DNA of 64,000 bases from NCBI GenBank assembly GCA_017499595.2, contig CM039001.1, forward strand, positions 3,658,001-3,722,000. Direction: 5' to 3'. Source of the stretch: Psilocybe cubensis. Lineage: Eukaryota. The notes beneath the pieces are model-generated. The model did no database searches. It was given only the letters and a program-made list of their open reading frames with translations, and was not told the origin of the DNA. Shown in pieces: positions 1 through 10,922 of the stretch (its first letter is position 1; the number at the start of each line of letters is the position of its first letter). Position numbers and translations under genes: made by a program.

Positions 1-1235
1 AAGGAAACTAGAGGGAGAATAAAACGATGCCAAAAACTTACAACAATCGATACAACTGCGATGTACCACCTAAACGAAGCAGGGATGGTTCAGCTCATCA
101 TATCATTTAGTCGAAGAGTAAGCACGTACGACAAAATAGAATCCCCATTCTGCCCATCAAGGTCACGAACAAAAGAGAAAACGGTCAAAGTACCCACTAG
201 AGCTATAAGAAGAACATGTTGAGTACGCCCATAGGTTCCGAAGACAGAGCTAATACATTACCTAGGACTATGAAAAAGGTCATCACTCCCTGGCTTAGCA
301 CCATAGATGCTAGAGGTGTATGCGACTTTCCAGATAGATACCGGGTAATCAATCCTATTATAGTTGCAGCGACTGTACTGATCTGTATAAATCCGACGCC
401 GATTCTGATAGGACGAGAGTCATTAGCCTGTATGCGATGTCGGAATTGCGGGAACGAACACACCCAAAGAGATATATACTAATACGCTCGGCCCTGATGG
501 ACACACATCCGCGCAGATGAGATACTTTATCGATAAATATGGCGCTTCCCCATACTTCTAGGGTTGCTGAGACGATGAAGAGCAGAGAGAGACACCATTT
601 TGCTACGGGATGCCGGCCATAGAGTGCATAAACTTAAAAAAAATTAATATTAAGCTTGATTAAAATGTGACGACGCAGTACATTGCCAGAAGAACTCACC
701 TCTGAGAATAATGACCAGTTCCAAAAGCAACGTTCCAATTTGGGTCCATATTGTTTGGCAGATCAGCTTCATATGGCAAAAGGTCTGCTGCTCCGACTGT
801 TGATGAAAGTGCAGGGTTATAGAAAGAGCTTGAATCACGCTATATTCATCATGAACAAGCCAGTCAGTTGGCTATAAAGCGGATCGCGAGATGATATTTC
901 ACTTACATTTGCCCAAGGAGGAGCACATAACGCGAACAACCGTACACCATTTTGACAGTACAGATGTGGCCCCTTTCCGTCAGAATAAAGGAAGAAAGTA
1001 AAGATAAGAGCGAGATTAATTAAAAGGTGCATACCTCCAAAGATATTCGACCTCATCAGTAAAGCAGATCATTGCCTCCCAGAGCTGAGCAGCCAGCGCT
1101 GCAGCTATGATAAATTTGTAAATCAGTGCCCACAATGATGAAAACCCGTCAGAACGCACCTGACACGACGTTAAGCGCCTGAAACTTTGCCGCTGTCACT
1201 TCATCATACGGAGTAGATATCTGATATCCCCCCAT
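1..1235 (-). CDS. DUF6533-family multi-pass membrane protein (multi-exon, 3' end runs off the window)
   Basis: Manual splice from ATG at 1235 gives MGGYQISTPYDEVTAAKFQALNVVS/AAALAAQLWEAMICFTDEVEYLW, matching the basidiomycete DUF6533 'xxTFxDEVEYIW' pattern. Later hydrophobic exons include 'LLELVIILR' and 'VLSQGVMTFFIVLG'. Confidence 0.75.
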
Positions 1236-2135
1236 CGACGACTGCCACGACAGCACACACAGTCTAGTAGTAGTACCGTTTGACCAGTAGATTCTGAGAT
1301 TTGCTGGCTTGAGGTATTTAAATTCAGTAACTCGGTTCGGCAGGGAAGTTTGTCATCATTCCCGCTGTCAATAATTAGGGGTAGTAAGGCTTCAAAGCTA
1401 TGAATAGGTGAAAAAAAATCCTGCGGTCTATCCGTTGTTGTGGATTGTCGCACAGGTGTGGGACGGTTAGTGGGGTCGGCGACTCGGCCCGCCGCTTGTT
1501 GGGATGAAACGGAGTTTAACTTTAAGATAGGGGCTATGAAGCGCGTCGGATATATACCATTCCTCATTTATGAGGGTGGGACTCCTGCAAGATTTTTAAA
1601 ACATGGTTGGCAAAAAGGAGGTCTAATTCCTTAAAAACAGTAAGATAACAGAAAGAAAAGCATCGAATGATGAGTAAACACTGGGATTGCATTGTGTAAT
1701 GTTGCTCGGCTGACTCCGGTTAGATTTAAAAATTTTAGCCTCCGACTAGCTTGCCAAGACACCTTGAAACTGAACGAAATGGAAAGAATTTCGAAGCTCC
1801 ATCTTGCACTTTCAAGTTTGCGTAAAATAAACCAGGTTCGATGCTGATGTGACTTTATGCACGATCTGCGCGAACCATCACCGTTTGAATCAGGTCTTAT
1901 ATTCATGTTATTTGCAATTTATGTCAACCTTGTGTAAGCCAGTTGTAGTAATTCGGGATAACATCGAGGATGATACGGTGATAATTTCGTAAATGTCCTG
2001 CGGAGATTTTGATTGACTTTCCACCGTAACCCAACGTAAGGTAGTTTTTTTTTTCGCTTCTAGCGCTAAGAGCGGAGCAGCAAATATTGGGGCCATTCAA
2101 ACATTGATATTGAGTGGCTGTTGCCTGAATTCTGC

Positions 2136-2520
2136 CCCGGGAAGATCCCTACTTCAACCCCAATGGCCTTAAATCCGCGAGATTTCGAGCCTCAAATCGG
2201 CCAAGCTTGGCTGAAGGACCTTCCCAATAGGGAAATTTTTTGGCCCTGCGGTGATATCATCTGCAATAATCAATGGACACATGGTGTTGATATGGTTTTT
2301 GGCTAGTTTCTGGTCAAAAACACAACAATCTTCTCATTTCAAACAAATCTTTTGAGAATGCTTTTCTGACCGCCCAATTTCAGCAAATCTGGAACTTAAA
2401 TTAGCCAATATAGAGTCATTGGCCTGCGGCGCCTTCAAATCCGCAAAAAACGGACATGAGGGATTATGCCAAATTTCGGCCTAAATCCGCCAAACCCCGG
2501 ACAAGGGGAACTTCTCTCTG
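2136..2520. repeat. Degenerate repeat relic, possibly a non-autonomous DNA transposon
   Basis: Internal AAATCCGC motif occurs three times (~2171, ~2437, ~2483). The reverse complement of ~2478-2517 (GAAGTTCCCCTTGTCCGGGGTTTGGCGGATTTA) resembles ~57514-57547 (GAAGTGCTTCTTTGACCGGGGATTGCGGATTTA). Confidence 0.35.
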
Positions 2521-2550
2521 AGTTGCACATCTGAATTCACTGGGTTCGTT

Positions 2551-4301
2551 ATGGTTAATGGTATACTTGATGATACGTCTGATGAGGTACATATCTCAAC
2601 GACTCAGCGTCACAGTCATATTGATTAATTTCTGCTAGGAGGATCCAAATACTTTCGGCGAAACTATACTAGAACCCGGGGGGCGACACGCTCACATACA
2701 GTATTCGAGCAATGTCGAAGAGTCGGCTTCGAGGGAGCGTGAGCCTATCATGCCCTCCACATTAGAGGTTGGTTGCCTGTTTTCACCCTTCTCGAGGGTA
2801 AACGGTGGTTCTGATATCTTCAGCTATCTTTTAGACAGATAGCACCACAGTGTCCTTGGAAAAAGACCTTCCTGACGCGCTCCGCAGTGTCGTGGTAAAG
2901 GCCGAGCCTCAGGAGGTTGAATCAATTGAATCCTTAAACCAGCAAGTCTCCATTGCTCTACCGCGTAAGCGGCGAAGGATGGTGCCAGAAGTTGTCGTAC
3001 CTACTTGGGCTTCTCTTCAACAACGCGATAAAAAAAACTTCGATAAAATAAAGAAGATGAATAATGTGAGTCCTATACGGCATTGGAATCGTACGCAAAT
3101 GCTAATATCCTCCGCTTTCCTTTCTTCTCTAGCCTAAGATCAAAAAAACCAAGGACATGACATTAAACTTGTCGTCGATATATGATCGTTTGAAAGACAT
3201 CGGTTTAGACCCATACGAAGTCACTTTAGAGAGCGAAATACGCGACGTATCGGTGTCACGCCAATTCCTGTCTTCTGTCTACGGTGGAGGACCGCAAGAC
3301 GTATTTCCACTAATTGGGGCTGCAAAATTGGCACAACATGGTATAAAGAATTTTATGTATGTCAACGTGGAGAGCCACAGCCATGCGCCTCAGTTTGTTG
3401 GAAACCCAGGATTATTTTTTGTTACCGAACAGCCGCCCGAGATATTCGATGACCTCTACTACACTTTTGTACGACTCAGTTCTGCTGAATGGTTGTACGT
3501 CGGAATCTACTGTCTAATGCCGTCACCTTCGTTATCGAAGGAAGAGTGGAAATCCATGACAGAGAAGGTATGCTCTATATCACGAACTTCATTTTTTTTT
3601 GTTTGCTCATCGAGTGTATTTGAACCAATTGTAGGTCCGTAGGAAATGGGTCAGTATGATTTTCAAGAAAAACTGGGCCGGCGGATTCCGCCAGAGGATA
3701 TCTGCACGTCGAAACGTCAACAATATAACTCCCGAGGATATTCGAAGCGTCCTCGATTCTGGTGAAGAGGTAAAGGTTACACTTGGGAATAGGGGCAATT
3801 ATCTCAACATAGTCTTTTTCTCAGACTTTGGGAGTCCATGCGATGAAATGCGTAGGATACGACGAGAGATTTCAAAGGGAGCTAGCAATGAGGTTCTCAA
3901 ACTGGGTCCCCCCACCACCGAAACCAAGAAACGAAAGAAGAGGTGAAGGGACAGGTTCGGAAACCAAAACCAAAACAAGAGCGAAAGGAAGCCGGATGCC
4001 CACGAAAACAGGAAAAAGAAAACTTGGAGAACCTACAGATTCAGAAACACCGGATTCCGACAGCAACACAGGTGTTGTAGACCAGTTTAATGAAGATCAT
4101 ATCGACTCCAAGGATCAGAAGGACAAGGCACCCTCTACCAAAATAAAGTCGAAACAACGAAGCCAAAGATTGCGCGGGGCCTTCTCAAACCACAGTGTCA
4201 ATGTCCTCGAGCTTTCGGACTCAGAATCAGCAGGCGACGTGCTTTTGGTTGACAATTGGGATGAAAACAGTGGTAGTCGGGACGATCCCATTGTGCTTTA
4301 G
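2551..4301 (+). CDS. DUF6697-domain protein (multi-exon; start uncertain)
   Basis: Exon 3157-3567 reads VSRQFLSSVYGGGPQ...APQFVGNPGLFF...TFVRLSSAEWLYVGIY...LSKEEW, followed by 'MKCVGYDERFQREL' and a basic/acidic disordered tail. Spliceable upstream exons start at ATG 2551. Confidence 0.7.
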
Positions 4302-4626
4302 TCGCCATGTCATTGCTACTCCAGTGCATCCATTTCGTATATTGATATTATGGATAGCTGTTGAATGCAGAAAAGAGGAATCAGATGTGGATCGTGCAGA
4401 CTTCATGAAACAGTCAAGATTCAAGAAATAAGAAACAGGTCAATTGAAAGAACCGAGGATCGGACTTACAGTTACAAGACCGGTTGACATAGTTTGGCTT
4501 TGTTTGTCCATCCCATTGATACGATTCCAACTCGAATCGCTTTTTGCATTGAACTTGCATCTTCAAACCACTTCGAACTCAAACACACACACCTAGTTTG
4601 AAACAAGAAAGGAAATAAAGATATCA

Positions 4627-6059
4627 ATGGCGACAGACTTTTGGGCGAGCTCTCATTAGTGAGATCAACGGGAAATGTTCGTGTTGCCTTATTGCTTATG
4701 GAAGACTCAGTAAACGCTGGTTAGTTGACCGCGCTACTCTGAATCAGGCAAGGCTAGAAGATCTGCATTATGTGGAAGATCCAGAGCACCTGGACTATCT
4801 GGCAATATACTTTGCAAATGGTGTGTTTTGCAGTGGGATGAAAGAATGATGCTGACCTGTTGGCAGTGATAACAAAATTGGGCAAGAAGTTACAATTTCG
4901 CCAAAGGACTATTGCAACGGCTATCGTTTTCTTTCGAAGATTTTATCTGAAGAACTCGTACTGTGAGACTGACCCTTTTACGGTCATCGCGGCGTGCTGT
5001 TATCTTGCTGCGAAGGCGGAAGAGTCGCCCGTTCACATCAAAGTTATTGTTACAGAATCACGATCACTGTTCAGTCGTAAGTCTACTATATTCCTATTGC
5101 GTGTCCTCATTCTCATATTCTACTCAGAAGACATATATGCTTCCAAGTCGTTCATATTAGATAATGGGAAAGTTGCAGAGATGGAGTTTTATTTGGTCGA
5201 TGACCTGGAATGCGACTTGGTTGTATTTCATCCCTATCGTACTCTCCTTTCGCTCTGCAAGAAAGAACCAAATGGTGAAATGTCTTCTGAAGAAGGAGAA
5301 GCAGACGACGCTGGAGTTGGAATTGGTTTTGACGATGGTCCTCGATATTGGGGCACTGGAGAGGGTCAGCTGGGACTTACACCTGTCGCATTCCAAACCG
5401 CATGGTCAGTGACTCTATCTTTTTTTTTGCGTCTTTCTGATCTTCTGCATAGGTCCATCATAAATGATACCTACAGATCTCAATTATGCCTTTTATATCC
5501 CCCTCACCTCATTGCGATCGCAGCTATATATTTGACCTTTATTCTTCACCCTCCCACCCGACACGCGATCAAACACGAAAATTCAACAGGCCCATCTAGG
5601 ATTCCCGAATTGCCCGCTCCCAGGCGCTCTTCACGTCAAGCTCATCATACCATGGCCCAACCTGCTTCTCCAAAGAAACCACAAGACCCCATCACATTTC
5701 TTTCCGAGCTCAACGTATCTCTCCCCCTTGTCGCGACCATTGCGCAAGAAATCATATCCTTATATACACTATGGGACCAGTACAAAGATGATGGATCCCC
5801 TGATGCGACTAAAGCCGCTCGCGAACTGACGAATTCTCCGAGCCCGCTAAAGAGGTCGGGAAGCGCTCACGCAAGTGTTAGTGGTGTTGGAACACCAGGT
5901 ACAGATGAGGTCCCAGACCCAGAGGGAAACTATATAACTACAGCATTTCTGTCTGGCGTTGTTCAGCGTATACGTGAGTTTCGCTTGATGGATGTCACGC
6001 CTATGGGCAGGCCGGTCGCCGTGAACAAGAGACTTGAGCGAACACAGGCTGTAGGGTAA
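4627..6059 (+). CDS. SSN8: Cyclin C (Mediator kinase-module cyclin, Ssn8/Srb11)
   Basis: Spliced N-terminus MATDFWASSH-KRW. Cyclin box QRTIATAIVFFRRFYLKNS...CCYLAAKAEESP, then EMEFYLVDDLECDLVVFHPY and AWSIINDTYRSQLCLLYPPHLIAIAAIY. Confidence 0.92.
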
Positions 6060-6792
6060 TTGTTCGACCTTACTTCCCATTGGCGTTTGAATATATCTGA
6101 CTCTATTCTACAAACAACTTTGTTCACCTCAAGATTCTTGATTTCTACGCCGTCCATCAGAATCAGGAAAATCAAATCCTTCTTTTGGTCGTTGGCGCAT
6201 ATGTGCTTCGCAAACACTTTGTCAAACTTACCAAACATACCTGTATCACTGGTATACAAAGTTTGAAAGCTCATTTAGTGCACAGCTTTGAAAAACAGTT
6301 CTCGACAAGCAACGCATAACTGAGTTGGCAAAAACCTGTGCGAGCCCCTAACATGCCCGTAATTAGCAATACGTCATGTTGATCCTCCCACGAAACTGGA
6401 CTTTGGCGAGGCGGAAGTAAAGGTACAGCCTTCAATGGGCACATGCCTTACACTGCTCTAACTTTGATGTGGAAGTTTCGGTTTCGGTATATATACCGAT
6501 GGCGAGCGTTGGAATGATTTCTTCTTGACACTCAACCCTTGTAGTCTCTGGAAGGTATTATTTTGGATTTGATCTAGATAACCTTTTTTTAATGAACAAC
6601 CCCTATCTATAGACGCAGGACCGTCCACCCCACCTGCCCACGACACTTACGATTAATCAAGAAGCTTACGGCGTTTTACGTCCTACCATATTTGTATGTT
6701 CACTTTTGGTTATAAAACGGCTCCCGTTGAAGTGAAATACTAATAGGCTACTGCCAGCATCCCCACATTGGTATCTATCGCACCAGCCTATC

Positions 6793-8069
6793 ATGGTGCG
6801 CCTAACGTTCGACCTCTATGATCACATCATTGAACAGTTGGCAAATATCGACATTCGGTCGATACGTAACTGCGCACTTGTCTGCAGCGATTTCCTGAGG
6901 CTTAGTAGAAGACACCTATTTCGCAGCATTACACTGGACTCAACTAAGCCAAAGTATACACGCCGGTTGGAACGTCTCTTGAACAGAAACCCGTCAATAG
7001 TAAGAAACATTCGGGACGTGACGTTGGAGCACAACATCAATCAGCGGAACATCGGACCGCACGTTTTGAACCGCCTCCACCGCGTCAGAAAATTCACTCT
7101 ACAACTCTGCGATGGGACGGAATGTGATTTCTGTGGAGATTCTCAGTACGATTGGGGAGGGTTATCAGCCCGCCATAGGACCTACTTCTACTCTTTCATC
7201 CGGTCAAACACTATCGTCCATTTGACGTTGGCAAATATCCAGAATATTTCCGCGACGTTTCTGAGATGCCTACCATATCTTGCAGTCTTGGAGGTCGACA
7301 ATGTTTCTATGCTCGATTCACCTTTTGACAGGAGTCATTGTGACAGCGATTCAATGGGAATTCCGAAGTTGGTCAAAATCTGGAGTCGAAGAAGCAACCT
7401 GATCCCTCTTCAAAATCTCCTTGGCGATGAACATTCCAACATTATGCCGGCCGTAGATCTGACTTACCTGGAGGATATCGGCGTTGCTCTGGACGATGAC
7501 CCTGCAGGCATGGAGTTTTTGGGATTTGTATTGCAGAACACCGAAAACTTAAAATCCGTCACACTCTCAGGTATTGTGCATGCTTTTTCTAACATTGTTG
7601 CCCATTATAACTGGTATTCTTAGCGTCTGATGAATGCCAAACCACTTTTAAAGGAAAAGTCGCTTCAAAACTGAACAAGCATTCGTTAAAAACATTGAAG
7701 ACGATAAAGATGATGGTTATGATTGAAGACCATGAAACGGATCCTTACCTATCTTTTATGGATGAACTGGAGCAAATTGGAGGAAAGAATGTGTTGGAAA
7801 CACTTTCCATCGAGATCGAAGCTGAGACAAATTGTCACCCAACAACGGAGCTTTCGAAATGGGCGGAACTCAGTCGCGTACTTGCTGCAACAGATGCATT
7901 TCCTCATCTGCGCTCGGTGTCGCTGAAGGTCACACTAAATTGGTGCCTCAATACTCGCCCGGATGAGCTGCAAGCACGACTTCAACACATTGGCGTGGAA
8001 GTATTTAGGTCTCTGCGGGAAAACGACAAGGTCAAGGTTGTTTTCGATGTTGTGGTCTGGGATGTTTAA
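6793..8069 (+). CDS. F-box-like domain protein of the expanded agaricomycete family (intron ~7571-7623)
   Basis: N-terminal LTFDLYDHIIEQL...IRNCALVCSDFLRLSRRHLFRSITL, followed by LRR/RNI-like leucine periodicity and 'W..L..VL....FPHLRSV'. Confidence 0.8.
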
Positions 8070-8466
8070 TGCGTAGTTCGGTTTGGATGTGTATCCATAC
8101 CTTCGGGTAGTCGTATCACCTGTGTCAATAAAGTGCTGGTCACTATGGGTCGTTTGGTTTATCATGTCATCCACAAGCATTCGAACAGAACCTAATGCGT
8201 CCCCTCAATGCCGGTGAATTAGTTCACTAGAAGTGGCCCTTTCATCTCAGGCCCCAGGGCCTTGCTCCAATATCTGTGCTGGAGTATTTAATTACTTCCA
8301 GATCAACGATCATTGATACTGTTCGGGCATGTTGCCCCTGTTCTCTAACTAGTCAAAATGACACATAAATCAGAGAAAGTTCTGTATTGTTTTGTATTAG
8401 GTCCATCATGCAATAATGCTACATTTGGAGAAGAAAGTCGGAACAGACTCATTACTTCCACTGCTA

Positions 8467-9565
8467 TTACTTGTGTTTAGTGGTGTGGCCTGGCGCTGCT
8501 TTCTTTGCACCGGATTGGGCAGGCTTGGCTCCTCCGTTGTGAGTTTTGGGACGAGGGCCAGGTGAACTTCCTCTTCGTGGTACCTTCTTCGCGACGTGAG
8601 CTTGGTTGCTCCCGGATGGCGAGCTGGACCTCTTGGGCGCCTTTCCGTGCTGTTGATTGGCACTCCCGACATGCCTCGCGCCGCCAGATGGGCTTCCGGG
8701 GCGACCAGGATGTCCGTGGTTGACCGCATTCTGTTTGGACGATGCGGCTTGCTTCGTGCCGCCCTGTGGCGATCCTGGAATAGCATGCTTCGACTGGCTT
8801 GCCTCGGCCTGCACGTTGCTCTGCTTTCCTTTCTTAGCGCGCTTTGGCTTTTTTGCAAAAGATGGTGACTGCGGTGGAGTCGGTGACTTTGGAGGCGGTG
8901 TGGGTGGCTTTGGCGGGGGTGTGGGTGCCCTCCAGCCTGCGTGAGGTTCTGCGTGGTATAACATATCAGGGACAATGATCCTCGATTATATTCATATAGC
9001 ACGAATAACGTACCCATGTCTTTCTTAAGCTTTGCAAGATTTTCGGCGCTCATTTCCTTTTCCTGGACGCCAGTCTTCTGGTTGACCCACCCTTTCATAT
9101 GCTTGGGCTTGATTTTCTTCGGAGGGCTCAATGCAACATTTCCATAGACTGTTTCGGCTGGGTGGTAGTTTGTTATAGGTGCTTGAGGAGGATCATGCGG
9201 GAGTTTCTTCGAAATCATCGCGACATCGTATTTCCCTGTCTCCGGGTCTGGCCCGCCTACGACAACGCCTGGATGGATACTGATGTTTTTGAGGTTCTGT
9301 AGGACAATAAACATTATTAGGTCTATACTGATGTATCTATGTCCGATGTACTGACGTTCTCCTTGGTTTTCTGTTCATATGCCTTCGGTCGGACCCCAAC
9401 AAATTCCCCATGATTACGAGGAGGCGGAGGAGTGCCAGACCTATCTGAAGACGAATCGCTGAAGGACGAAGATGAGTGTTCGTCGCTCCGAGTAATGATA
9501 ATGGGTGCACAGAATCCATAAGCTAAGAACGCAGAGAAGATTGATAAGACGCGTAGAAATTGCAT
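8467..9565 (-). CDS. Secreted protein, ~324 aa: signal peptide, small globular domain, Pro-rich repeats and basic tail
   Basis: Exons 9565-9356, 9296-9014 and 8948-8467 have GT-AG junctions and join into one ORF of 975 nt. N-terminus MQFLRVLSIFSAFLAYGFCAP looks like a signal peptide. TATA-like element near 9761. Confidence 0.8.
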
Positions 9566-10922
9566 GATCTATCCATTCCTTGAATCAGCAAAGGTACGAT
9601 GACACTCGATGCTTTGAGCTGAACACTCACGGTCGTGATCCTATTCCTCAATAACAAGTCAGGTAAATTGGAGGAGGCACTGTTCGATGAGACCGGCTCG
9701 TCGTAGCGATGGAGTGGTAGAGACCTGCTCTGTGAGGAAGCAATTCCTTAGGTTGCCCTGTATATAAACGCATTGGTGTCATTGAGTTGATGATTGTCAC
9801 TTGCCAGAGTGTGATCACACTCGGAAGCCTTGTGGGAGTCTCGGAACACAGCTCTTCTAGTCGCCATCAAGAATAAGATATGACAGGCCAATCATAGTTC
9901 GTCTTGGTGATTGCGGCCGGCCCTCTATGGTCATAACGTAGCACTGCAATGGCAGGCTGAGTGCAATAGTGCGGACCAAGGCAGATGATCAGAAAGGATC
10001 AGCGCATTCTGTGAAAAGACCTCTACAAGAAGGGTAATCGCCATCCCGATAAGATGAGGACTCCCTTGACAGGCTCTGCCTCTCATATGTAAGTCGTTTC
10101 ATCAATGTGAGAGTTCGCCAGTTTCGAGTTGCCGTACTGATGAAGTGCGCGCACCGCCACCATGTGCACTGTATTTACATCGGCCATACCGGATGCACTT
10201 TGTGGATCGATGGACATGAGCTTCGTCGAAAGTTAGCCTAAGCCTGCCCTCCCAGAAGACACCAAACCGGTGGTTGATCTTTGAGCTTGAAGGAAGATGC
10301 ATGACTTTCACTCGGTTGTATGTTTTGTTTCGAAGTCAAAGCGATTAGGTTGTGGCATCGCCGCTTTGCTATTTCTAGACAGCGATAACGGACAAAGAAA
10401 GATATTAACTTGGACCAACCATGTGTTTATATTGAATTACAGCGCCTCACACAGTAAAGTGAAAGCTACAATCAAATCCAAGCATGTCCTAAGGGTATCG
10501 ACAACACACAGTAAATTCAAGGTAGCTGAATAAATGCACCGGTTCAAGTTTCTCTGATTTTGTGACACTGGATTCTGGAATGATGGATGGGTTGACATAC
10601 AACCTTTGAAAAAAAAGAAAATTAGTACAGGGAGGGCTGAGAACACCGAATAGCAACGAATCCAGTACGTTTGCACAGAAAGGTTGTCGGGCGCTTAATA
10701 TAGCGTGATGCTTTGGAACGTCGTACATCGCCTTACAGTAAGGAGAGTAGAAATGTCCATTGTGTACAGTTACAGAAGCAGATGAAATGAAAAAATGAGT
10801 CATATCAGATACTTGATGTGGTGAGTTGAATCTGGATTTGTGCGATTGAGAGTAGATGGTGGCCTAGTAATTTGTTGTACAGTGTGTGATCATGAAAATT
10901 TAGATGCAGACGGTCAAAACAT

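Noticed and set aside
8406-9314. 302-aa six-frame ORF read as a separate protein
   Set aside because: It is exon 2 of the secreted-protein gene read through an intron into the wrong frame of exon 3.
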